64,000 nt of DNA from an uncultured Bacteroidales bacterium (GCA_946186495.1 CAMHNQ010000007.1:8161-72160); one strand, 5' to 3'; counted from the first letter of the stretch, positions 9,340 to 22,116 are shown. Program-made: numbers and translations. Notes: generated by a model from the sequence alone, not told the origin.

Positions 9340-9488
9340 CGAAAAATAATCGACATGCCCACGCTGACATTTTGGCAGGTTCTGTTGCCACGTCAGTCAG
9401 GCCTTCGCGAAGCAGGGCTTCTCACATGCTCGTTTTCGTAACATAATGTGCGCCGTTGAGGTGCGCCCCATGCTCTCATTCTAAAGTT

Positions 9489-9504
9489 TGGCACAGAATT
9501 TGCA
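9489..9504 (+). promoter_or_regulatory. Sigma54 (RpoN)-type -24/-12 promoter candidate upstream of groES
   Basis: TGGCAC-agaat-TTGCA matches the TGGCAC-N5-TTGCW consensus exactly. It lies 52 nt upstream of the groES ATG. Confidence 0.45.
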
Positions 9505-9555
9505 ATGTTGTAAGCCGTCATCTTTGACAGAAATCAAACCAAATAAAGTAATAAT

Positions 9556-9834
9556 ATGAAAAGTACAATCAAACCTTTAGCAGACAGAGTTCTGGTGAAA
9601 CCTGCGGAAGCAGAGCAGAAGACCGCCGGCGGCATCATAATCCCCGACACCGCCAAGGAGAAACCCCAACAAGGCACCGTCATTGCCGTGGGTCCCGGCA
9701 AGAAAGACGAACCCATGACTGTCAAGGTGAAGGACACCGTCCTCTACGGCAAATACTCCGGCACCGAAATCCAGCTTGACGGCGAAACATACCTTATCAT
9801 GAAAGAAAGCGATATTTACGCGATTTGCAAATAA
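9556..9834 (+). CDS. groES: Co-chaperonin GroES
   Basis: [43 protein letters not shown]... is a canonical Cpn10 sequence. Confidence 0.97.
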   Translation: MKSTIKPLADRVLVKPAEAEQKTAGGIIIPDTAKEKPQQGTVIAVGPGKKDEPMTVKVKDTVLYGKYSGTEIQLDGETYLIMKESDIYAICK

Positions 9835-9920
9835 TGATGAACAGTGATTGGTGGGGGGCAATGGTGCCAATGGATGGCAACGGCGTCGTATCACAAATCA
9901 CCTTAAATAACGAACCTTAA

Positions 9921-11573
<1,653 letters not shown>

Positions 11574-11650
11574 TAGAAAGGTAAGAGGTTAGTGGTTAAG
11601 GGTTAGTGATTTAGGCCCTGGAACTTGAAACCTGAAACCTGAAACCTGAA

Positions 11651-11680
11651 AGGGGCATCGCTTGCGGTGCCTCTTTTTTT
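11651..11680 (+). terminator. Intrinsic terminator after groEL
   Basis: aggggcatcgc-tt-gcggtgcctc hairpin followed by a T7 run. Confidence 0.75.
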
Positions 11681-11700
11681 GTCGCTACTGAAAAAAAGTT

Positions 11701-11708
11701 TATCTTTG
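11701..11708 (+). promoter_or_regulatory. -7 promoter box (TATCTTTG)
   Basis: Exact TAnnTTTG match, 49 nt upstream of the ATG at 11757. Confidence 0.55.
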
Positions 11709-11756
11709 CCGCCGTGTTTAGAGCTTAGAACTTAGACAATAACTGACTAACCCATT

Positions 11757-12848
11757 ATGCATTTAACAGAAAACCTTAAGAAACAGTATACTCAAGAGAG
11801 GCTGAGTGCATACGAGGCGCAGCGTCTTGCGCAGATTTACGCTTTCGGGCCGATTATGTTCCAAGTGGCACGTCTGATGGTGAAATGGGGGCTTTTTGAA
11901 CTCCTGGAAACGCCGATGACGCCGGATGAGGTGGCCGAAAAGGCCGGCATCTCGGTATATGCCGCCAAGTGCCTGTTGGAGGCTTCGCTGACCATGCGCA
12001 CGCTGACCGTCGATACGGAGACTGGGCGCTATGCACTGGCCAAGGCCGGTTGGTTCCTCGTGCATGACGAGTCCATTCGCGTGAACATCGACTTCAATCA
12101 CGATGTCAACTACTTGGGAATGTTTTATTTGGAAGATGCCCTGAAAGAGGGCAGGCCGGCGGGCCTGAAGTGTCTTGGCGATTGGCCGACAGTCTATGAA
12201 GGCCTCTCCTCTTTGCCGAATCAGGTGCAGAAAAGCTGGTTCGCGTTCGACCATTTCTACAGCGACGGTGCCTTCGACCAGGCTCTGGAGCTGGTTTTCT
12301 CGGAACCCACGCGCACACTCATGGACGTGGGCGGCAACACCGGCCGCTGGGCCCTGCAGTGCGTGCAGCACAGCCCAGACGTTGAGGTCACGGTGGTTGA
12401 CCTTCCCCAGCAGATTGAGATGATGCGCCAGCAGACTGCCGGCCGGCCCGGTGCAGACCGGATATGCGGTTATGCCGCAAACATGCTGGACGACAACTGC
12501 CCGCTGCCTGACGACAAAATCTACGATGCCATCTGGATGAGCCAGTTCCTCGACTGTTTCGGCGAAGAGGAGATTGTTAGCATCCTCCGCCGTGCCGCCG
12601 CTGTGATGGCCCCAGACACGCGTCTCTACATCATGGAGACTTTCTGGAACCGCCAGCGTTTCGACACTGCCGCGCTCTGCCTTGCCCAAACAAGCCTCTA
12701 CTTCACAGCCATCGCTAACGGCAACAGCAAGATGTACCATTCCGACGACATGGAGCGCCTCGTGCAGGAAGCCGGCCTGGTGGTCGAGGAAGTCCACGAC
12801 TTCCTCGGGCTCGGACACTCGGTGATGGTCGTGCGTCGCCTGGGGTAG
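11757..12848 (+). CDS. Class I SAM-dependent methyltransferase (O-methyltransferase family 2-like, with an N-terminal winged-helix/dimerisation region)
   Basis: Motif I-like LMDVGGNTGRWA, then VTVVDLP, and a later DAIWMSQFLDCF acidic motif. Length 363 aa. Confidence 0.75.
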   Translation: MHLTENLKKQYTQERLSAYEAQRLAQIYAFGPIMFQVARLMVKWGLFELLETPMTPDEVAEKAGISVYAAKCLLEASLTMRTLTVDTETGRYALAKAGWFLVHDESIRVNIDFNHDVNYLGMFYLEDALKEGRPAGLKCLGDWPTVYEGLSSLPNQVQKSWFAFDHFYSDGAFDQALELVFSEPTRTLMDVGGNTGRWALQCVQHSPDVEVTVVDLPQQIEMMRQQTAGRPGADRICGYAANMLDDNCPLPDDKIYDAIWMSQFLDCFGEEEIVSILRRAAAVMAPDTRLYIMETFWNRQRFDTAALCLAQTSLYFTAIANGNSKMYHSDDMERLVQEAGLVVEEVHDFLGLGHSVMVVRRLG

Positions 12849-12925
12849 GGGGCAAACGGGACTCGGACTGTGGGTCTGCCTTGCGCCCGGCAGGTAAAAT
12901 TTTTTAAAATACAATAATCAAGAAT

Positions 12926-14944
12926 ATGGAAGAAGAAAAATCTACAATCGAACAAGCCGAAAACGAAATCAAGTTGCCCGAAAACGCGTACCGCGAACTC
13001 AAGGAGGGCGAAGAGTACAAGCCTATCCTATTGGGTGACAGGAAGTATCCCGAACTCAACGGCTGGACCATCTTTTGGGGCATCTTGATGGCGGTCATCT
13101 TCTCGGCGGCCACGGCCTACTCCGGACTTCGCTTCGGACAGGTGTTCGAGGCGGCCATTCCGATTGCCATCATCGCCGTGGGCATCTCTACCATTGCCAA
13201 GCGCAAGAGCCCGTTGTCGGAAAATGTGCTCATTCAGTCTATCGGCGCAAGTTCCGGCGTGATTGTGGCAGGCGCGATTTTCACGCTGCCGGCCATCTAC
13301 ATCATCAAGGAGACTAACCCCGTTGCGGGCGCTGAGATCCAGGTCAACTTCTTCCAGATTTTCATGTCGTCGCTGCTCGGCGGGTTTCTCGGCATCCTTT
13401 TCCTGATTCCGTTCCGCAAGTATTTCGTCTCCGACATGCACGGCAAGTATCCGTTCCCGGAGGCCACGGCGACCACAGAGATCATCGTGTCGGGCGCGAA
13501 AGGCGGTAACCAGGCCAAGCTGCTGCTCATCAGCGGTTTGGTAGGCGGTCTCTACGACTTTCTGATGACCACTTTCCATTTTTGGGCCGACACCATCTCC
13601 ACGCGCATGGCAGGGTGGGGCGAGCAGTTGGCGATGAATCACAAGTTCGTCTTCAAGATGAGTGCGGAGTCCATCCTGTTGGGTACGGGTTACCTGATCG
13701 GGCTGAAGTACGCGGCCGTCATCTGTGCCGGGTCCGCGCTTTCCTGGTGGGTGCTGACCCCGCTGCTCGGCCATTACGGCATGATGGAGGTCGATGGCGT
13801 GGCCACGGCCATGAGCACGCTTGACCCCGACCTGATTTTCTCTGGCTATGTGCGCTACATCGGCATCGGTGGCATCGCCATGGCCGGCATTTTGGGCGTG
13901 ATCAAGTCTGCCGGGGTGATTAAGAAGTCGGTGGGCGTGGCGTTGAAGGCCGGCAAGGGCGCGGGCGAGAAGAGCGAGGTGTTGCGCACACAGCGCGACC
14001 TCTCCATGAAGATTCTCCTGTTCGGCTTTTTGGCAGTCATTGTGATGATGCTCCTCTTCTTCTTCCTTGGTGGCATGCACATGAACCTCACGCAGGTCAT
14101 TGTTGCGTTGTTGGTGGTGTTCCTGTTCGCGTTCCTGTTCACCACGGTGGCGGCCACGGCCATCGCCACGGTGGGCACTAACCCTGTGTCCGGAATGACA
14201 ATGATGACGCTGATTCTCAGCTCCTTTATTCTCGCTTCCGTGGGTTTGAAAGGCGGCACTGGCATCATCACGGCCTTGGTGGTGGGCGGCATCGTCTGCT
14301 CCGCGCTCTCCATGGCCGGCGGTTTCATCACCGACTTGAAGGTCGGTTACTGGATCGGCACGTCGCCCTACAAGCAGCAGGCTTTCAAGTTCGTGGGCAC
14401 GTTCGTTTCCGCTTTGACGGTCGGGGCGGTCATCATGCTGCTTTCCAAGACCTACGGCTACACGGGCGAGAACGCCTTGGTGGCCCCGCAGGCCAACGCC
14501 ATGGCGGCCATCATCGAGCCGATGATGTATGGCGGCTCCACGCCGTGGATTCTCTACATCGTGGGTGCGGTGCTGGCCATTTTGCTGGATGTGATCGGTG
14601 TTCCGGCGCTGGCTTTCTCGTTGGGCATGTTCATCCCGCTGCAGCTCAACCTGCCGTTGTTGGTGGGCGGATTCCTGGCCTGGTTGGTGAAGACGCGCAG
14701 CAAGGACGAGGCCGTCAACAAGGCCCGTGCCGAGAAAGGCACGCTGTTGGCCTCCGGTCTGCTTGCCGGCGGCGCCATCATGGGCGTGTTCAGCGCCATC
14801 CTCAAGTACGCCGGCGTGGAGCCCACTTTCATGGCCGACTATATCGGCTCCCCGATGTACAACGTCCTCGCCATCGTGATGTTCCTCGGACTCTGCACAT
14901 ACCTCGTAACCCACGCCACTCGCACCGAAACCCCAAATCAATAA
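12926..14944 (+). CDS. OPT-family oligopeptide transporter
   Basis: 672-aa polytopic membrane protein. N-terminus ...PENAYRELKEGEEYKPIL...ELNGWTIFWGILMAVIFSAATAYSGLRFGQ and about 16 hydrophobic segments fit the bacterial OPT family. Confidence 0.8.
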   Translation: MEEEKSTIEQAENEIKLPENAYRELKEGEEYKPILLGDRKYPELNGWTIFWGILMAVIFSAATAYSGLRFGQVFEAAIPIAIIAVGISTIAKRKSPLSENVLIQSIGASSGVIVAGAIFTLPAIYIIKETNPVAGAEIQVNFFQIFMSSLLGGFLGILFLIPFRKYFVSDMHGKYPFPEATATTEIIVSGAKGGNQAKLLLISGLVGGLYDFLMTTFHFWADTISTRMAGWGEQLAMNHKFVFKMSAESILLGTGYLIGLKYAAVICAGSALSWWVLTPLLGHYGMMEVDGVATAMSTLDPDLIFSGYVRYIGIGGIAMAGILGVIKSAGVIKKSVGVALKAGKGAGEKSEVLRTQRDLSMKILLFGFLAVIVMMLLFFFLGGMHMNLTQVIVALLVVFLFAFLFTTVAATAIATVGTNPVSGMTMMTLILSSFILASVGLKGGTGIITALVVGGIVCSALSMAGGFITDLKVGYWIGTSPYKQQAFKFVGTFVSALTVGAVIMLLSKTYGYTGENALVAPQANAMAAIIEPMMYGGSTPWILYIVGAVLAILLDVIGVPALAFSLGMFIPLQLNLPLLVGGFLAWLVKTRSKDEAVNKARAEKGTLLASGLLAGGAIMGVFSAILKYAGVEPTFMADYIGSPMYNVLAIVMFLGLCTYLVTHATRTETPNQ

Positions 14945-14989
14945 CCCCAAATCAATAACCCATAACCAATAACCCATAACCATTACAAT

Positions 14990-15607
14990 ATGCATATAGC
15001 CGTAGCCGGTAACATTGGATCCGGAAAAACAACATTGACAGGGATGCTGGCCAAGCATTACGGTTGGGAAGCCCTCTACGAGAGCGTGGAAGACAACCCC
15101 TATCTCGCCAGTTTTTACCAGGATATGCAACGCTGGTCGTTCAATATCCAGATTTATTTTCTGAACAGCCGCTTCCGTCAGGTGCTGGACATCCGCCAGC
15201 GCAAGAAGGATGTCATCCAGGATCGAACCATCTATGAGGACGCGTACATTTTCGCGCCGAACCTTCACAAGATGGAATTGATGGCCTCGCGCGACTTCGA
15301 GAACTACGCCTCTCTGTTCGAGCTGATGAAGAAATTCCTTCAGCCGCCCGACTTGCTCATCTACCTCAAGGCCGACGTGGAGACGCTTATCTCACAAATC
15401 CTCAAGCGCGGTCGCGCTTACGAGGGCGACATCAGCCTGTCTTATTTGGAGAATCTCAACAAGCTGTACAACAACTGGATAGACGGATACGACGAGGGAA
15501 AACTTCTCGTGGTGGATGTCAATAAGCTGAAATTCGCCGAGCGTCCAGAGGATTTCGGCGTAATCATCGAGAAAATCGACACGGAACTCTACGGCCTGTT
15601 CAAATAA
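14990..15607 (+). CDS. Deoxynucleoside kinase
   Basis: P-loop AGNIGSGKTTL, and ESVEDNPYL..FY.D..RWSF..Q.YFL typical of the dNK family. Confidence 0.88.
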   Translation: MHIAVAGNIGSGKTTLTGMLAKHYGWEALYESVEDNPYLASFYQDMQRWSFNIQIYFLNSRFRQVLDIRQRKKDVIQDRTIYEDAYIFAPNLHKMELMASRDFENYASLFELMKKFLQPPDLLIYLKADVETLISQILKRGRAYEGDISLSYLENLNKLYNNWIDGYDEGKLLVVDVNKLKFAERPEDFGVIIEKIDTELYGLFK

Positions 15608-15618
15608 AACCGCTGTAG

Positions 15619-15660
15619 GGACGCGATTTGTCGCGTCCGGGTCAGCGATTTATCGCGTCC
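15619..15660 (+). promoter_or_regulatory. Two 16-bp palindrome-containing repeats (GCGATTTgTCGCGTCC / GCGATTTaTCGCGTCC) spaced 22 bp apart. The first forms an 8-bp hairpin.
   Basis: Read directly. ggacgcga-tttg-tcgcgtcc lies at 15619-15638 and the second copy at 15645-15660. No T-run follows. Confidence 0.5.
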
Positions 15661-15675
15661 GAAAAAAATGATATT

Positions 15676-16410
15676 ATGCGAGATTACAATGTTTATGGCA
15701 TCATCCCCGCGCGGTACGCCTCCACTCGGTTCCCCGGCAAGCCGTTAGCGATGATCAAAGGCAAGCCGATGGTGCAGTGGGTATATGAGCGCGTGCAGTC
15801 GTCGGAAGTCAGGGACTTGGCCGTGGCCACGGACGACGAGCGTATTGCCGACTGCGTGCGGGGCTTCGGCGGTGTAGCGGTAATGACTTCGCCTGACCAC
15901 GCCTCAGGCACCGACCGCTGCGGTGAAGCGGCGCAGGTCTTCCGCCCTGACGACAACGATGTGATTGTCAACATCCAAGGCGATGAGCCGTTCATCTCCC
16001 CGCGGGAAATCCACCTTCTCGCTTCTGCCTTCGAGAATGCGACGGTGCAGATCGCCACGTTGGTCAACCCGTTCAGCGACACTGCCTTGCTGAACGACCC
16101 GAATGTGGTGAAAGTGACGAAAACGAAGGATGGCAAAGTGTTGTATTTCAGCCGTCTGCCGATTCCGTATCTGCGTACCGGCGGCATTGCGCCGAAGCAA
16201 TATTATCGTCACATAGGCATTTATGCCTACCGCTACCATGTACTCAAGGAAATTGTGCAGCTACCCACCTCCGCACTGGAAAACAGCGAAAAGCTCGAAC
16301 AACTCCGCTGGTTAGAAAACGGCTATACGATCCGTGCGATAGAATGTGACTACCAGGGAATTGGGGTCGATACGCCGGAAGACCTACTGCAATTAAGAAT
16401 TAGGAATTAG
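15676..16410 (+). CDS. kdsB: 3-deoxy-manno-octulosonate cytidylyltransferase (CMP-KDO synthetase)
   Basis: GIIPARYASTRFPGKPL, GTDRC, NIQGDEP and YRHIGIYAYR are KdsB signatures. Start moved to the ATG at 15676 (MRDYNVYG); the track ORF starts at an upstream TTG inside the hairpin repeats. Confidence 0.92.
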   Translation: MRDYNVYGIIPARYASTRFPGKPLAMIKGKPMVQWVYERVQSSEVRDLAVATDDERIADCVRGFGGVAVMTSPDHASGTDRCGEAAQVFRPDDNDVIVNIQGDEPFISPREIHLLASAFENATVQIATLVNPFSDTALLNDPNVVKVTKTKDGKVLYFSRLPIPYLRTGGIAPKQYYRHIGIYAYRYHVLKEIVQLPTSALENSEKLEQLRWLENGYTIRAIECDYQGIGVDTPEDLLQLRIRN

Positions 16411-16419
16411 GAATTAGAA

Positions 16420-17880
<1,461 letters not shown>

Positions 17881-17906
17881 TGTACACAATGTATATATAA
17901 GTTGTA

Positions 17907-18632
17907 ATGATTAATGTTAAAGCCCATATTCCGAATACAATCACCTGCCTGAACCTGGTGTGCGGCTGTTTTTCGATTATGTCGTCGCTGAACGGAAACC
18001 TGACGTTAGCGGCCATCTGGATAGTGGTTGCGGCCATCTTCGACTTTTGCGATGGTCTGAGTGCCCGCCTGCTCAAAGTCACCTCGGTCATAGGCAAGGA
18101 ACTGGATTCCTTGTCCGATGTGGTGTCGTTTGGTGTCGCACCGACAATGATTGTCTGTAAATGGTTGATGATTTGTTATTTGCAAATGAATCCTATGGTC
18201 CGGACTCCTTTCACCTCCTATTTGACCTATTTGGTGTTCATCGTGCCGGCGCTATCGGCGGTGCGTTTGGCGAAGTTCAATGTCGATACCAAACAGACGG
18301 AGAATTTCATCGGGATGCCGACACCGGCGAACGCGCTGTTTCTCGGTTTCATTCCCGCTGCCTCCGAGCATGTCTCGATTCTCTGCAACTATTGGGTAGT
18401 CCTCTTCTTCGCCATTCTGTTTGCCATACTCTTGGTGAGTCCTATCAATATGATTTCCTTGAAATTCAAGAATTTCAAGCTTACGGGCATGAACATTGCC
18501 CGTTACTTGATTCTCTTGGTCGGCGTAGTGCTGTTTATCGTTTTCCGGTTGGGCGCGTTTCCGTTGATTATTTTCGGATACCTGCTCATATCCATTTTTT
18601 ACCATACCCTAACGAAATGGGAAGTGTTATGA
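17907..18632 (+). CDS. pssA: CDP-diacylglycerol--serine O-phosphatidyltransferase
   Basis: CDP-alcohol phosphatidyltransferase motif DFCDGLSARLLKVTSVIGKELDSLSDVVSFGVAP, plus multiple TM segments. Confidence 0.88.
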   Translation: MINVKAHIPNTITCLNLVCGCFSIMSSLNGNLTLAAIWIVVAAIFDFCDGLSARLLKVTSVIGKELDSLSDVVSFGVAPTMIVCKWLMICYLQMNPMVRTPFTSYLTYLVFIVPALSAVRLAKFNVDTKQTENFIGMPTPANALFLGFIPAASEHVSILCNYWVVLFFAILFAILLVSPINMISLKFKNFKLTGMNIARYLILLVGVVLFIVFRLGAFPLIIFGYLLISIFYHTLTKWEVL

Positions 18633-19216
18633 AATATCAATCCTTAGCTTTGTATTGTGGTTCTTCTGTGGGAAACAATCCGGCGTATGCGGAGGAAGCC
18701 GCGCGTTTCGGCGAATTGTGCGCACGAAAATCACTGACTTTGTATTATGGTGGCGGCTCCATTGGCCTGATGGCAGCGGCGGCCGATGCCGCACTCAGCC
18801 ACGGCGGCCGTGTCATCGGGGTGGCGCCCGACTTCTTCACGAAAGGCAAAATCTTGGCTACCAATCTCTCAGAGATGATTATGGTTAAAACCATGAGTGA
18901 GCGGAAACAACTGCTTGAGGAAATGGCTGATGCATTTGTGGTCTTTCCCGGTGGATTTGGCACTATGGACGAATTCTTCGAGATGGTCACTGATGCCCAG
19001 CTCGGCATGCATTTCAAGCCAATAGTCATCTATAATTACAATGGATACTATGATTTGTTGATTCAGCTGTTGGACAAGTTCTTGGCGGAAGGCTTCCTTC
19101 ACCCTTTCCATCACCGTCTGGTCGTCCACGCCGACAATCTGGATGACTTGTTTCGAGTGATCGACAACTACGAGAATACGAACGATCATACATGGTTGGA
19201 GAAAATCAAACAATAA
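18629..19216 (+). CDS. LOG-family (TIGR00730-like) nucleotide phosphoribohydrolase
   Basis: MKYQSLALYCGSS..., GGGSIGLMAAAADAA, and the PGGFGTMDEFFE motif. Its ATG overlaps the pssA stop (ATGA). The 351-aa track ORF is an artefactual upstream extension through pssA. Confidence 0.85.
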   Translation: MKYQSLALYCGSSVGNNPAYAEEAARFGELCARKSLTLYYGGGSIGLMAAAADAALSHGGRVIGVAPDFFTKGKILATNLSEMIMVKTMSERKQLLEEMADAFVVFPGGFGTMDEFFEMVTDAQLGMHFKPIVIYNYNGYYDLLIQLLDKFLAEGFLHPFHHRLVVHADNLDDLFRVIDNYENTNDHTWLEKIKQ

Positions 19217-19228
19217 AATCTTGAGAAT

Positions 19229-20386
19229 ATGCAATTTAAGGATGTGTTGGCCGATGCGGCCCTCAAACAGAAACTCATAGATCTTGCTCGTGCAGGGCGT
19301 GCGGCCCATGCACAGTTCTTTCTCGCGCAACCCGGCAGTCACGCCCTGGCTCTTGCCGTCGCTTACGGACAGTATCTATGTTGCGAAAACCCGGCCGAAA
19401 CGGACTCTTGCGGCGAATGCCCCTCATGTAAGCAGTTCGCTAAACTCTCGCACCCCGATTTGCATCTCTATTTTCCAAATTGCACTACGAAATCCGTTAA
19501 AAAGGACCCAGATTCCGTTCAGTTGGCACCGGAATTCAAGGAATATGTCCTGAAGAACGACTTCCATGTCGATATACACGGATGGCTGTCTGTTCTCGAC
19601 GGTGAGAACAAGCAGGCGACCATCAATACCCGTGACTGTTCCGACATCCTGCATCACAATAATCTGCGCTCACATCAGGATGGTTATAAAGTCTATATTC
19701 TCTGGTGTGTCGACAGACTGTACCATCTGGCAGCCCCGAAGTTGCTGAAAACGCTGGAAGAACCCGAAAGCAAATCGGTTTTCATCCTCATCTCCGAAGA
19801 GCCGGATAAAATTCTGAATACGATTCTGTCGCGGACGCAATTGGTGAAAATCCCTCGTTTGACAGATGTGGAGATTGCCGGAAAACTTCAACAGTCTTAC
19901 CCGGATATCACGCCTGACGAAGCCTCCGACATTGCCGTTTTGGCAGACGGCGACTATAATAAAGCTATCCATATTGTAACCGACAATGAGGATCAAGTGC
20001 TCATGCTTCAACAATTTGAAATAATTTTTGACAGCGTAATGGCCTTTGCGCGGAAGCAGAACTTGAATGCGGTGGGATATGATGTCGTGCAGGAGGTCTT
20101 CTCCGAAGTCGCGAAACAAGGACGCGAATATCAAAAGCAGTTCATTCAGCTGATGCTGCGCATGCTGCGTAACATATTGATGCAGAATTCCAACAATCCG
20201 GCTATGCTAAAGGTGACCCACCGCGAGCAATCTGTCATCGACAAATACCGTGGGGTGTTGCATCTTAAGCAAATTTCTGCCATGACTGAAATTTGCAATC
20301 AGGCTGTTTACCATATCTCCAGAAACGGAAATTCGGCACTGATTTTTACAGACTTGTATTTCCAACTCGTGAAAAGTTTCTCCTGA
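19229..20386 (+). CDS. holB: DNA polymerase III subunit delta-prime
   Basis: AHAQFFLAQPGSHALALAVAYGQYLCCENP...CGECPSCKQFAKLSHPDLHLYFP (zinc module), LLKTLEEP, and SRTQ sensor motifs. Confidence 0.85.
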   Translation: MQFKDVLADAALKQKLIDLARAGRAAHAQFFLAQPGSHALALAVAYGQYLCCENPAETDSCGECPSCKQFAKLSHPDLHLYFPNCTTKSVKKDPDSVQLAPEFKEYVLKNDFHVDIHGWLSVLDGENKQATINTRDCSDILHHNNLRSHQDGYKVYILWCVDRLYHLAAPKLLKTLEEPESKSVFILISEEPDKILNTILSRTQLVKIPRLTDVEIAGKLQQSYPDITPDEASDIAVLADGDYNKAIHIVTDNEDQVLMLQQFEIIFDSVMAFARKQNLNAVGYDVVQEVFSEVAKQGREYQKQFIQLMLRMLRNILMQNSNNPAMLKVTHREQSVIDKYRGVLHLKQISAMTEICNQAVYHISRNGNSALIFTDLYFQLVKSFS

Positions 20387-20409
20387 TACCCGCTTTCAGG
20401 CTGACAGAT

Positions 20410-21054
20410 TTACAGTCTTTGATTGTATGTGTCGCAGATTGATGTGAGTGTGCAGTTCTCGCAATGGGGTTTCCGGGCGGTGCAGACATAGCGGCCGTGC
20501 AACAGTAGCCAATGGTGTGCCCGGGAAACATATTCTTTTGGGAAGTGCTGGACGAGCTCCTTTTCTACGGATTCCGGGGTCTTGGCGGAGTCATCTACCA
20601 ATCCTAAACGATGTGACACGCGAAAGACGTGTGTATCTACAGGCATGGCGGCCTGGTTGAAAGCGAACGCAAGCACTACGTTTGCAGTCTTGCGCCCGAC
20701 ACCTGGCAATTTTGTCAAATCCTCCATGTTGTCTGGTATCTCCCCTCTATAGTCTTCGACGGACATACGGGCCATCTCGACCAGATGGTGTGCCTTACTG
20801 TTTGGATAGGAGACTGATTTGATGTACGTTAGAACATCCTCTTCAGTCGCTTTTGCCAAGGCCGTCGTGTCAGGGTATGCTGCAAACAAGTCCGGTGTGA
20901 CCATGTTCACGCGTTTGTCGGTGCATTGGGCTGCAAGCATGGTGGCCACGAGTAGCTCGTAGGGGCTTCGGAAGTTCAATTCTGACGACACATCGGGCTG
21001 TGTTCTTGAGAAGTGGTCGATAATGTGTTTGTATTTTGATGTTTTAGTGGGCAT
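20410..21054 (-). CDS. nth: Endonuclease III
   Basis: HhH-GPD region LTKLPGVGRKTANVVL, catalytic PVDTHVFRV, and a C-terminal Fe-S cluster loop CTARKPHCENCTLTSIC. Confidence 0.93.
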   Translation of the reverse strand: MPTKTSKYKHIIDHFSRTQPDVSSELNFRSPYELLVATMLAAQCTDKRVNMVTPDLFAAYPDTTALAKATEEDVLTYIKSVSYPNSKAHHLVEMARMSVEDYRGEIPDNMEDLTKLPGVGRKTANVVLAFAFNQAAMPVDTHVFRVSHRLGLVDDSAKTPESVEKELVQHFPKEYVSRAHHWLLLHGRYVCTARKPHCENCTLTSICDTYNQRL

Positions 21055-21056
21055 TG

Positions 21057-22097
21057 CTAATTGTCGCTATTGTTGATGAAATAGGCTGTCACGGAATCAA
21101 GGTAAGTTTTGGATACAGGAATCTGGGGCAGGTTCGGTGCGCCGAAATCAAGGTAAGGGCCATCCTTGTCCTTACGAAGCAGTGCGATGTTCTCGAAATT
21201 GACGAGGTAACTGCGATGGCAGCGGATAAAGCCGTACTTCTCGAGTTTTTCCTGCTGTTTCTTCATTGAGCTCCGCAGGGTGAAGCGTTCGGTGTTTTCC
21301 TTGTTGCGATAGTGGATTTTGACGTAGTTTTCGGCGGATTCGATGAAATAGATGTCGTCCAACCGCAGAGACAATTGCAATTCCTCCTTTTCATCGAAAA
21401 AGTTGATGATTTTGTTTCCGGGCGGTGTCGATTCGGCGGTCTTCTCGGCCTGCTCAGGCTCTGGAGAAGGGGTTCCTGCAGCCGGGCCGGCTTTGCCGGG
21501 GTTGGCTGGGGTTATGTGGTTGTCCAGCACAAACTCCTCTCCTGCGAAGTCTCCGGAAAAGGAAATATCCTCTGGGGTGCCGTGTTCGTTCTGTGGGGTG
21601 GGGGAGACCTCCTCTGCACTCTTCCGGGACTCCAGTTCCGATATTTTCTCGTCCTTGTGCTTCGTATCCATATACAGGTGGGAAATCACGGTTGGGATAA
21701 TCAGGATGGAGGGCACGTAAAAGACTGCCCGCGTGAATATTTCCGAGAAGTTCCGGGTGTCTTTGACTACGAAGTGGACGATGATTGCATAAAGGAAAGC
21801 GATGACAAAGATCTCCACAATCAGCCAGAATACATATTGCAAGTAGTTGAGGGAGCTGTTTTTGTGAACTTTGTTCATGATGGCACGGCTTATGAGCAGT
21901 ACCATCGTCCCTCCGCTGACAATGGCTAAGGTGTCGGTGAACAGTCGTCCCCGAGAGTAATGCTGGATATTATACCAAGCCCCTTGGAACGGTGTGAAGA
22001 TGTTGACAAACAGGAGGGAAAAGAGGAAGACAAAAATCAGGTGGCTGATGATGTTCTCTCTTGACGTGAAGTATTCAGGAATATTCTTGTGCAACAT
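21057..22097 (-). CDS. Membrane-anchored LytTR-family DNA-binding protein
   Basis: Four or five N-terminal hydrophobic helices and a Pro/Glu-rich linker. The C-terminus reads LSLRLDDIYFIESAENYVKIHY...FTLRSSMKKQQEKL..YGFIRCHRSYLVNFENI (LytTR domain). Confidence 0.82.
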   Translation of the reverse strand: MLHKNIPEYFTSRENIISHLIFVFLFSLLFVNIFTPFQGAWYNIQHYSRGRLFTDTLAIVSGGTMVLLISRAIMNKVHKNSSLNYLQYVFWLIVEIFVIAFLYAIIVHFVVKDTRNFSEIFTRAVFYVPSILIIPTVISHLYMDTKHKDEKISELESRKSAEEVSPTPQNEHGTPEDISFSGDFAGEEFVLDNHITPANPGKAGPAAGTPSPEPEQAEKTAESTPPGNKIINFFDEKEELQLSLRLDDIYFIESAENYVKIHYRNKENTERFTLRSSMKKQQEKLEKYGFIRCHRSYLVNFENIALLRKDKDGPYLDFGAPNLPQIPVSKTYLDSVTAYFINNSDN

Positions 22098-22116
22098 GTT
22101 CTAAAAAATCAGCTTG

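Noticed and set aside
13028-15268. 746-aa minus-strand ORF, the longest ORF in this part of the window
   Set aside because: It lies antisense to the OPT transporter and deoxynucleoside kinase genes, both of which have clear family signatures. Its translation is His/Arg/Gly/Asp-rich low-complexity sequence with no motif. It is a typical shadow ORF in GC-rich coding DNA.
18161-18628. Upstream 156 codons of the 351-aa ORF 18161-19216
   Set aside because: This part overlaps pssA in another frame and has Arg/His/Leu-rich nonsense composition. The LOG-family protein begins at MKYQSLALYCGSS (18629), with ATGA coupling to pssA.
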